A DNA stretch of 64,000 bases, from NCBI GenBank assembly GCA_965204735.1, contig OZ242008.1, positions 1,728,001-1,792,000 on the forward strand, in the 5' to 3' direction. Below, one piece after another: positions 9,336-17,232 of the stretch (the first letter of the stretch is position 1; each line of letters begins with the position of its first letter). This DNA is from Longimicrobiales bacterium. Its GTDB lineage: Bacteria > Gemmatimonadota > Gemmatimonadetes > Longimicrobiales > Gaopeijiaceae. The notes beneath the pieces are model-generated. The model saw nothing but the letters and a program-made list of their open reading frames with translations, ran no database searches and had not been told where the DNA came from. The position numbers were made by a program, and so were the translations under genes.

Positions 9336-10230
9336 AGTACGCTCGTCCAACGGAGCCTGTGCCGGTCTCGATCTTGCGGCTGCGGTGGCGATAGGAGCCG
9401 ACGACGCCGTAGCCGCCGTTCACGTTCTGCACTGGATGGACATCGTGGAGGTTGCCTTGATCGCCCGTCGTAAGGAAGGCGTGGAAGTGACGGTCCACCG
9501 CAAGCACGTCCAGCATGGGAACCGGACCTGCGCTGTCCACCGCGACTTGGGGGATTGGTCCGTCGAAACGTGTGCCCTGCACGTCGGCGTACCACGCTCT
9601 GCCGCAGTTGGAGCAGCTGTCGTATCGCCGCCGCACCCCCATCAGGTACCGATGCGCGGCGGCGCTCTCGGACCACGTTGCGGCCAGCGAATGCGAGCCG
9701 TCGTTGCTCGAGAGGGCCGCTCGCTCGATCTTGAAGGCGCCGACGACCCGGGTCTCGCCAAAGGCTCGAACCCGCCCGTCCGCGGTGGCTTCTACGCGGT
9801 ACGTCGCTCCCGGTTCCAGCACGGCCTCGGGTCGCAGGCAGTACCATGCCTGCCGCACCCCGGTCCCATAAACTATCCGAGGTCCCAGCGAGCCCGGCCA
9901 TTCGTAGTCGCGACTGCGACGGACGCAGCTGTCGCCGGCGAACCTCGTGCCTGCGGCGGCGGCCCGGGCGCTGTCCCACTCCGCGACGAGAGTCCACTCA
10001 CCCGAGCCCGGGTCGTGCCGGTGAATGCGGACGCTCACGTTCGCGAGCGCATGGATGGTGAATCCGTCCACGGGCGCGACGTCCACAACATGTCCGATGG
10101 AGTCTGGGTTCAGGACTGCGTAGAGCACCAGTTGGTCGCTGAGTCCCGTGGGTTGCAGCGGAAGCTCCTCGCAGGCGCCAAGAACCACGGCCAGCAGGCC
10201 AAGGCCGGCAAGACGGTTGGTGGTCGTCAT
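9301..10230 (-). CDS. Lipoprotein, DUF4249-like partner of the TonB-dependent receptor
   Basis: Lipobox VLGA-C; LVLYAVLNP near the N-terminus, PGATYRVEAT, C-terminal NVNGGYGVVGS; directly downstream of the TBDT. Confidence 0.75.
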   Translation of the reverse strand: MTTTNRLAGLGLLAVVLGACEELPLQPTGLSDQLVLYAVLNPDSIGHVVDVAPVDGFTIHALANVSVRIHRHDPGSGEWTLVAEWDSARAAAAGTRFAGDSCVRRSRDYEWPGSLGPRIVYGTGVRQAWYCLRPEAVLEPGATYRVEATADGRVRAFGETRVVGAFKIERAALSSNDGSHSLAATWSESAAAHRYLMGVRRRYDSCSNCGRAWYADVQGTRFDGPIPQVAVDSAGPVPMLDVLAVDRHFHAFLTTGDQGNLHDVHPVQNVNGGYGVVGSYRHRSRKIETGTGSVGRAYFNRRAGGPSGS

Positions 10231-10257
10231 CTTCGCTGGTCTCCTTGTTCGCTCAGG

Positions 10258-12570
10258 TCAGAACTTGAAGTCGATGCCGATCGTCGGAAGGAGCGGCAGC
10301 TGCTGCTCGTGCTCGAAGACGTAAAGACGGTCCGCGTCGTCGAGAGCGTGCCCGAAGCCGGCGAACTGGTAGAACAGAACGTTGGTGCGCCCCGTCACGT
10401 TGACGACGGACAGGTAGGGCGCGATATCCCACGCGCCCCACCGAAAAGCGTACTTCGCCGCCACGTCGAAGCGGGCATAGGTGGGAAGGCGACCCTGCAA
10501 GTCCGACCAAACGGTGAAGAAATCCCCAGTGGTCAGCAGGGTTCCCTCTCTGCTTGTGCGCCCGCCGAGACGCTGATTTGGATCGAAGCGCAGGTTGGTG
10601 TAGTCTCCGGCCGGGTACCAAAACGGTCCGCCGGTTCCAACGGTCGCCCGAAGGGAGACGCCAAAGCCGCCGGGCAAGTCGGCCGCCACAAGCCCCTCGA
10701 CTTCGTGGCGCCGGTCCCAGTGTGGACGGTATTCTTGGCCTCCGGCGCCGTCGAGGGCCACGCTTGCCCACTGGTACGACAGCCATCCCCGGACGGGACC
10801 CGCGTGCTTCTGCACCATCAAGTCCACGCCATAGGCGTTGCCGTCGTGAAACTCCATCGTCCCCGGGTCGCGGGAGATCCCGGCTCGCCAATGCGGCAGA
10901 CCTCTGAACCGACGGGTCCATCCGGCTGCGGAGGCCGTCCAGTCTTGTCCCCGCCATGCGTCCAGCGCCAAGCTCGCGCCGTTGGCTACGGAGGCAGGCT
11001 GGTCCCTGCCGTGAACAAACCACGTCGGCGCGCCTGGTTCGCGGGCGTAGGCGTCCCGGAGCACCGACAAGAACTGGTACGTGCGGTCCACGCTGGCGCT
11101 GACGGCGAACAACGGGGTGCGCAAGCGAACCGAAAACCGCGGCTCGACGAAGTTGCGCCCGGACTTGCTCTCGAGGCCCGCGCGGATCCCCGGAGCGAAC
11201 CGCACCGGTCCCAGCCACGCTTCCATCTCCGCGAACGCGGACGCGTGGAGGTAGGAGCGAGAAAGGTCGCCCGTGAAGGCGGCCCCCTCCCCAAGGCTTT
11301 GCAGACGCACAGGGCCGCCTTCGACGGCGACTCCTGCCCGGCCGCCCGTCCGCTCGCCACGCAGCGTGAGCCCGACGCGCGCTCCCGCCACCGATACGCT
11401 GCTGACGCTCGTCGGGTTGGTGGGCGTGCCTCCGAACGCCTGTCTTGCCCGGTAGCGGCTGTAGTATGCGGTCACGTTGCCGGTCGTGCGGTTGTCGCGC
11501 ACCCACGACCAAGACGCCGAAGACGTGAGGTTCGCCCACTTCGCACTGAAGGATTCATGTCCTGCGCCGCCGGATTGAAAGTCCCACGCGTAGTAGTCGT
11601 CGGACGCGAAGATCGACCAGCGCAGTCGGTGCTCTTCGGCAGGATACGCCTCGATGCCGAAGTTTAGGTCGTGGAAGGAGTACGGGACGTTGATGCGCGC
11701 CAGGTCGACGAACGCCTTGCGTCCGGCCGCGAGCCACCGAACGCCGCCCCAGGGCAGCGTCCCGTCTGCGGCGAGCCGTCCGCCGAGCAGGCTGAGCCCG
11801 CCCGACAGGTTGACTCCGCCCGGACCGCCGGCTCGCTGACGTGCGGACACCAAGCCGGAAAGAGCGCCGCCGTGCCGGGCGGGGATTGATCCTCGGTAGA
11901 ACTCGGTGGACTCGACGACGTCGACGTTGAAGGAGCCGAAGTAGCCGTACATGTGGTACGGCGCGAAGACGGGAGCGCCGTCCAGAAGCACGGCCACTTG
12001 GTCGCTGCCGCCGCCTCTCACGAAGAGTTCGCCCGTGTAGTCGTTCACGCTGGTAACGCCGGCCAAGGCCTGGAGGCTGCGGAAGACGTCGGGCTCGGCC
12101 AGGGCCGGCACGGCCTTGATCTCGGCCTGCGTGACGCCGACCGCCCCGACTGCGACCTCGCGGTCGAAGATGAGCCGGTGAAGCTCCCTGGACGTCATCT
12201 GCCGCTCGACGTGGACGGTCAGCGCCGGCAAGGAGATCGCGGTGCGTTCCAGCCTGAGCTCGACGACGGCGCCTGCGGGAGGCGCGGCAACGATCGTGTC
12301 CAGGTCGGCGTACCCGAGCCGCGTGGCCACGATCCGAACGCGGCCGCTCGTCCCTTCGCTGGTCGCCAGCCCCTGGCGGTTGGTGGTCCGCGTCGCCGAG
12401 TACTCCGGGAAAGCGACGAGCACGTCGCTCAACGGTTCACCCGAAGTGCGGTCCAAGGTGCGAACCGCCCAGGCCCCCGACGTGGGGACCTGGGCATAGC
12501 TCGCCGCCGCCAGGAAGGCCAAGCACGTCGCCGAGCCGGCCAGCCCGAAGACTGCTGCGAGACGTTTCAT
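10258..12570 (-). CDS. TonB-dependent receptor with N-terminal carboxypeptidase-regulatory-like domain
   Basis: Signal peptide from ATG 12570; plug motifs EPDVFRSLQALAGV, LFVRGGGSDQ, LLDGAPVF, IPARHGGALSG; barrel strands; C-terminal IGIDFKF. Confidence 0.9.
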   Translation of the reverse strand: MKRLAAVFGLAGSATCLAFLAAASYAQVPTSGAWAVRTLDRTSGEPLSDVLVAFPEYSATRTTNRQGLATSEGTSGRVRIVATRLGYADLDTIVAAPPAGAVVELRLERTAISLPALTVHVERQMTSRELHRLIFDREVAVGAVGVTQAEIKAVPALAEPDVFRSLQALAGVTSVNDYTGELFVRGGGSDQVAVLLDGAPVFAPYHMYGYFGSFNVDVVESTEFYRGSIPARHGGALSGLVSARQRAGGPGGVNLSGGLSLLGGRLAADGTLPWGGVRWLAAGRKAFVDLARINVPYSFHDLNFGIEAYPAEEHRLRWSIFASDDYYAWDFQSGGAGHESFSAKWANLTSSASWSWVRDNRTTGNVTAYYSRYRARQAFGGTPTNPTSVSSVSVAGARVGLTLRGERTGGRAGVAVEGGPVRLQSLGEGAAFTGDLSRSYLHASAFAEMEAWLGPVRFAPGIRAGLESKSGRNFVEPRFSVRLRTPLFAVSASVDRTYQFLSVLRDAYAREPGAPTWFVHGRDQPASVANGASLALDAWRGQDWTASAAGWTRRFRGLPHWRAGISRDPGTMEFHDGNAYGVDLMVQKHAGPVRGWLSYQWASVALDGAGGQEYRPHWDRRHEVEGLVAADLPGGFGVSLRATVGTGGPFWYPAGDYTNLRFDPNQRLGGRTSREGTLLTTGDFFTVWSDLQGRLPTYARFDVAAKYAFRWGAWDIAPYLSVVNVTGRTNVLFYQFAGFGHALDDADRLYVFEHEQQLPLLPTIGIDFKF

Positions 12571-12584
12571 TGTTCGCTCCTTGC

Positions 12585-13727
12585 CTACCAAGTAAGTGCG
12601 ACTTCGGAGCGAACGCGGGCGCCAACCGACAGGACGTAGGTTCTGGGCCCGTTCGCGAACGTCACGACAGCCGAGCCGAGGTCGTCGTTCCAGATTGGAT
12701 CGAGTTCGACGGCCCAAACCTCGAAGTTGGCTCCTCCCGGCTTGGGCGAAACGGGGAGCATTTCTTGCGCGGGATCGACCGTGACCCACTTTCCGTCTCT
12801 GACGCTCCCGTAATCTGCGCTTCCGGTTACGAGTGTTCCGTCGGAGTTGATGTATCCCACGGTGATTCGTACTTCTTCACGTCCCCATTCCGTGTTGTAG
12901 CGCGACCTGAAGCCAATCAGGTCCGTAGGCGAATACGTCACCAATGGATCGTAGTGAGGGTGTCCCGCCACGTTGCCCTCACGGACCAACCCAATGGAAC
13001 CCAGCAGGTGGTTTCGGGCCGCGGCCAAGTCTTCCTCGGATTCGAACGACCCATAATCCAGCGTCAAGGGTTCGGTGTCACCCACCTTGTACGTCCACAC
13101 CACGGCCGCCTCGCCGTCGTCGGGGTCCTGGATGACTGCTCCGGGCATGTCGGCTTGGTGGCCAATTCGAGTTCCCCAGTTCTCTCTGGGAGCCACGTAG
13201 AAGAACGCGCCGTACCGCTGGATGTGGCTCATCTCGGTTGCCTCCTCTCGGCGTCCGCTGGCCTCGTGGACCGCGAAGTCGAGTACGTCCGGGTCCCACG
13301 AGCCTGCGACTCCGATGTTGGGACTACCTCTCCAGGTCAGCCGGTGTTCTCGAAGTGGTACCGAGATCACCAGTTGGGCCACCTCGTCGAGCCGGGCGAC
13401 CCTAGCCAGGAACTCGCCTTCGTCGGTGCCAAGGGCGCCGGCGCTTCCGGCTAGCAGACCCCCGCCTTCGGGGCTGCCGAGGTAGTCGCCGAGGACCAGC
13501 TGGTGCTCTACTTGGGTGGAGGCTCGCATGGCGGCGAGGATATGCTGCCGGGCGTCGGGGGACGCCAGCCCGCGGGCCAGGGCACCTGCCACCTGGGAGA
13601 GCGGGGGCTCCGCGTCCAGCGCGTGAGCGAACGGCTCGTCGCCGGGTGTCGCGACGGGATGGGTTGCGTCGGCGCAGGCCGTCGTGAAGACGGCGAGCGC
13701 GATCAGGAACAGCTTGTTGCTTCTCAT
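12585..13727 (-). CDS. Hypothetical lipoprotein (380 aa)
   Basis: AGGAG RBS, signal peptide MRSNKLFLIALAVFTTA-C; first gene of the operon with the TBDT. Confidence 0.75.
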   Translation of the reverse strand: MRSNKLFLIALAVFTTACADATHPVATPGDEPFAHALDAEPPLSQVAGALARGLASPDARQHILAAMRASTQVEHQLVLGDYLGSPEGGGLLAGSAGALGTDEGEFLARVARLDEVAQLVISVPLREHRLTWRGSPNIGVAGSWDPDVLDFAVHEASGRREEATEMSHIQRYGAFFYVAPRENWGTRIGHQADMPGAVIQDPDDGEAAVVWTYKVGDTEPLTLDYGSFESEEDLAAARNHLLGSIGLVREGNVAGHPHYDPLVTYSPTDLIGFRSRYNTEWGREEVRITVGYINSDGTLVTGSADYGSVRDGKWVTVDPAQEMLPVSPKPGGANFEVWAVELDPIWNDDLGSAVVTFANGPRTYVLSVGARVRSEVALTW

Positions 13728-13795
13728 GGGACGACTCCTGGGTGGTGCGCCGTCCAGAACAGGCCGGATGCCCGTCTCCGGGGGTCGCTTGTACC

Positions 13796-13826
13796 CCTGG
13801 ATACTCCAGGTTCCCGAAAAGGTTCC
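13796..13826 (-). promoter_or_regulatory. Putative ECF-sigma-type promoter of the lipoprotein-TBDT operon
   Basis: Minus strand GGAACC-N16-GTATC about 70 nt upstream of ATG 13727; palindrome CCTGGA-TAC-TCCAGG overlaps the -10 element. Confidence 0.35.
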
Positions 13827-14448
13827 ATCGTTGTCGGAGGGGCCGATGCGATCCAGGCGAGGAGCGAATGGAGTCGAGCCCGAGGAAGCGGGACTGCGTG
13901 GCGGTGGCGCGGCAGGTTGAGCGAGGGAGCACTGACGCCGACGGCGGGCGCGGCGCGGCTGGGGGAGACGCGACGGCACATGAGCGTCTGACGCGGCGGT
14001 TCGGGGATGAGGGCGACGGGGCAACCGTCAAGGCGCTGGGGCGCCCGACTGTCCCACGTCACCGCTCCCTGTCCGAAGCCACAAGAGCCCGGACGCGACC
14101 ATCCGTGGCGCAAGCAGATCCCGTGAGGAGGTCGAGCGGGCCATGGCCAAGTGGGAGCGCCGCATCGCCCGGCTCGCCGCTTCCGGTGCCTTTCGACGGT
14201 CGCGCCCGCCCCGCTTCCGCCGGAGCGCAGCGATGACTGGCCAGCCAGGCGGGCGGTGTGACGGGTCCCCCGTGCGTTGGCAGCGACGAGGTCCGCCGTC
14301 CTCCCGTCCGTAGTAGGCGTGTTGCTGGAGATCGTGCCCCTGTGACCGGAAAGATCGCCCCTCCACCAACCCCCACCCGGAGCAACGCTCGTGCGGTTCC
14401 CGTTCGCCGTCGGCCTAAGTCTCGATAAACACAGGTTGCAGCATCTTG

Positions 14449-14913
14449 TCAGCCGGGTTGCGAGGCAATCGTCGCCCGGCGCTGGAGTGCCCGTATCACA
14501 TGAGGCATCGCGAGAAGCCTCAGGTAGCGGTCGTTGGCGTGATTCTGGATGACGAGACCGTTCTCCCATCGCCCAATGGTTGCCTCGCCAAGGCCGGTGA
14601 CGTGGGCGAAGGCGGCCCTCGTCATGCCGTATCCGCGTCGGATCGACCGAATGTCGGCGGGCGACAACACGCCTAGGTGCCGACAGATCGCTTCGTGGCG
14701 GAGCCGTTCGCCGTGCTGGTCGATGTACTGGAGGTCGCAGGCCGCACACGTGCGGACGGGCACGTACACGGGAATCCGAGACTTGAGGTCGCCGGATCCC
14801 CACGTCATCACGTCGTCGACCCATCGGGTGACGACTTCTTCGCCGTCGCACTGGGGACAGGGATCGGCGACGGTGGCGGCCGAGCCACGGGGCGCTGGCG
14901 CGGTGGATTCCAT
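14449..14913 (-). CDS. MqsA-like antitoxin/regulator (Zn ribbon plus XRE HTH)
   Basis: CPQC...CAAC zinc ribbon, then LSPADIRSIRRGYGMTRAAFAHVTGLGEATIGRWENG..QNHANDRYLRLL. Confidence 0.85.
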   Translation of the reverse strand: MESTAPAPRGSAATVADPCPQCDGEEVVTRWVDDVMTWGSGDLKSRIPVYVPVRTCAACDLQYIDQHGERLRHEAICRHLGVLSPADIRSIRRGYGMTRAAFAHVTGLGEATIGRWENGLVIQNHANDRYLRLLAMPHVIRALQRRATIASQPG

Positions 14914-15023
14914 GATTCGTCTATCACTCCGTCTGGCCAGCACGGCCAACTGATGCCGGGTGGCGGCGTCGATTCCCAACAGTTCGGGTCAAGGGCCGAG
15001 TGGATGGCTCCCGCCCGCCGCGC

Positions 15024-16535
15024 CTACTCCTCCGCCACGGGCGCGACCGCCTTCAGCACCTCCCGCGTCAGGTCCCAGCGGTTGAAGCCCTGGCGGCCGT
15101 AGTCCAGCCCCCGCCGGACGATCACCAGGTCGTGAGTGGGGACGACGACCACGTACTGGCCCCGGTTCCCGGCCGTCGAGTAGGCGGTGGCAGGCACGTC
15201 GGTGCGGTCGTCGGGGACCAGCCACCACTGGCCGCCGTAGAAGTTGCCGCGCTCGGCGGTGGAGGGTGCAGGCGTCCGCGCGAAGTCGATCCAGTCTTCG
15301 GAGATGATGCGCTCGCCGTTCCACACGCCGCCGTTCAGGTAGAGGAGGCCGAAGCGGGCCAAGTCGCGGGCGTTGGTGTACACTTGGCTGCTCAAGATGA
15401 AGTCGCCGAAGCGGTCCACGCTCAAGTAGGTGCTGCGCATCCCGATCCGGTCCAGCAGGGCGGTGCGGGGGAAGGCCAGGTAGTCGTCCCCCAAGGCCAG
15501 CTTCATGGCGTAGACGCCCAGCAGCGTGTCGTAGTTCTCGTAGTCCCAGTTGGCGCCCGGCTCCCGGACGAGCGCCCTGTGGCGCGCCCCGACGACGGAG
15601 CTGGCGCCGGCCCAGTAGGACATCCCCGAACCGACGGCGTACTCCATGCCGCGGTTGTCGACGGGGTACAAGCCGCTGGACATGTTGAGGACGTGACGCA
15701 AGGTGACTTGCGACCGCGGGTCGGTCTCGGCGGCGTCGGCCTCGGGAAGCCAGTCGAAGCCCAGGGGGGCGTCCAGCTCCAGCCGTCCCTGGTCCGCCAG
15801 GATGCCGATGAGCGTGACCGCGATGCTCTTGGCGGTCGACCAGGTGCGGGTGCGGGTGGTCATCTCCACGCCGGGGGCGTAGCGCTCGTGAACGATTCGG
15901 CCGCCGTGCACGACCAAGAGGCTGAGCGTGACCTGCTCCGGCGACTCCCGCTCGAAGGCCCACGTCGAAGCCGCGTCGAGAGCGGCGGCGTCCACCCCGT
16001 CGGGCCACGACTGCTCCGCCACCATGTCCCCGTCGGGCCAAGGGATCTCGGCGGGGTCGCCCGGGGGCGGCGCCATGTCGAGGACGGGCAGGCTCTCGAT
16101 GTCGTCGAAGCTCTGGTCGGGCGCCATGATCACGCAGCCCAGCCCGTCGCGGAACGCCGCCCGCATCGTCGGAACGTACCCGGGCGCACCGATGGCGACG
16201 GCCTTGCGCTCCCACTCCACCTCGTAGTCGCCGCCTTCCGCACTCCCGACCGCCGTGCCCAGCCGCCCTCGGATGTAAGCGATCTCCTGCTCGAAGACCT
16301 GCTCCAGCGTGCGATTCGACGTGAACAGCCCGTTGCAGAGGAAGATCGCCTGCATCCCCCGAGCGATCATCTCCCGGTTGAACCGCCAGTAGTCGTAGGA
16401 CTCCTGCTGCTGGGGCGCGACGGCTTCGGCGGGCGCGGCGCTCTCGCCGCCGGCGGGCGCAGGAGCCTCCGCGTCGGCAACGCAGGCGGCCTGCACGAAG
16501 AGGGCGAGGAAGGCAGCAGAGGCTGGAGGCTTCAT
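15024..16535 (-). CDS. Serine hydrolase, beta-lactamase/AmpC-like family lipoprotein
   Basis: SxxK (WSTAKS), YxN (YEN), LRHVLNMSSG, ARDLARFGLLYL, GNRGQY; lipobox QAA-C. Confidence 0.88.
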   Translation of the reverse strand: MKPPASAAFLALFVQAACVADAEAPAPAGGESAAPAEAVAPQQQESYDYWRFNREMIARGMQAIFLCNGLFTSNRTLEQVFEQEIAYIRGRLGTAVGSAEGGDYEVEWERKAVAIGAPGYVPTMRAAFRDGLGCVIMAPDQSFDDIESLPVLDMAPPPGDPAEIPWPDGDMVAEQSWPDGVDAAALDAASTWAFERESPEQVTLSLLVVHGGRIVHERYAPGVEMTTRTRTWSTAKSIAVTLIGILADQGRLELDAPLGFDWLPEADAAETDPRSQVTLRHVLNMSSGLYPVDNRGMEYAVGSGMSYWAGASSVVGARHRALVREPGANWDYENYDTLLGVYAMKLALGDDYLAFPRTALLDRIGMRSTYLSVDRFGDFILSSQVYTNARDLARFGLLYLNGGVWNGERIISEDWIDFARTPAPSTAERGNFYGGQWWLVPDDRTDVPATAYSTAGNRGQYVVVVPTHDLVIVRRGLDYGRQGFNRWDLTREVLKAVAPVAEE

Positions 16536-16704
16536 GGTGCGGGTCTCCTGGAGAAGTGGGTCGGACGAGGGGCGGGCGCGACAAGGGGATCGTAGAGGGT
16601 GTGCCGGAGGGCATGCTACGGCGCCGCGGCTTGGGCGAGCAAGACCGCGGCCCCGGCGGGTTCGTCCGACTGCTTCGCTGCGCATCAGAAAGACCGGGCG
16701 CGCC

Positions 16705-17232
16705 CTACGGAGCCTGCTGCCTCCGCATCACCAGGTGCTCCCCGGCTCCGTCCAGGGTCAGCAGCGCCACGTCGCCCGATGCGAGGTTGATCTCGCCGTG
16801 CCAGACGTAGCCGGTCGGGACGCCGCCCGGGGTCTCCGCGTCTTCGGCCAGCACGGCTTCGAAGCGCACCGACAGCGCTACCACTCCGGCCTCCGCGGAC
16901 AGGTCGCGGAGGACATGGACGGGTCGGTCGCCTCGCATCCCCTTCGGGAAGAGGGTGTCGCGGACGACGGGCCGGCCGTCGACGGCCACATCCAAGGCGA
17001 AGGGCGCCAAGGCCCGCGTGCACTCCCGGGGGCTCCGCATGTGGACGGGAAGGGTTGCCAGCTCCTCGTCGGTGCGAGTTCGGCACGCCTCGACGGGCAC
17101 GCCCGCAACTCGCCACGACAGTCGGACGATCGGGTCGTCGGCGCCGAAGTCCATCGGCGCGCGGGACAGCCATGCGACGCCGCCGGTCATCGCAATGGCC
17201 AGGAGGGCGGCCCCGGCTCGCCTAGCGGTCAA
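16705..17232 (-). CDS. Hypothetical N-terminally membrane-anchored protein, translationally coupled to the cytochrome b/Fe-S fusion
   Basis: TTG start overlaps the TGA of the upstream gene (TTGA); N-terminal TM; soluble domain RLSWR..C..EELATLPVHMR..C. Confidence 0.7.
   Translation of the reverse strand: MTARRAGAALLAIAMTGGVAWLSRAPMDFGADDPIVRLSWRVAGVPVEACRTRTDEELATLPVHMRSPRECTRALAPFALDVAVDGRPVVRDTLFPKGMRGDRPVHVLRDLSAEAGVVALSVRFEAVLAEDAETPGGVPTGYVWHGEINLASGDVALLTLDGAGEHLVMRRQQAP

Noticed and set aside
15024..16535. Beta-lactam resistance gene
   Set aside because: SxxK/YxN fold is shared by many esterases and amidases; no class-specific evidence.
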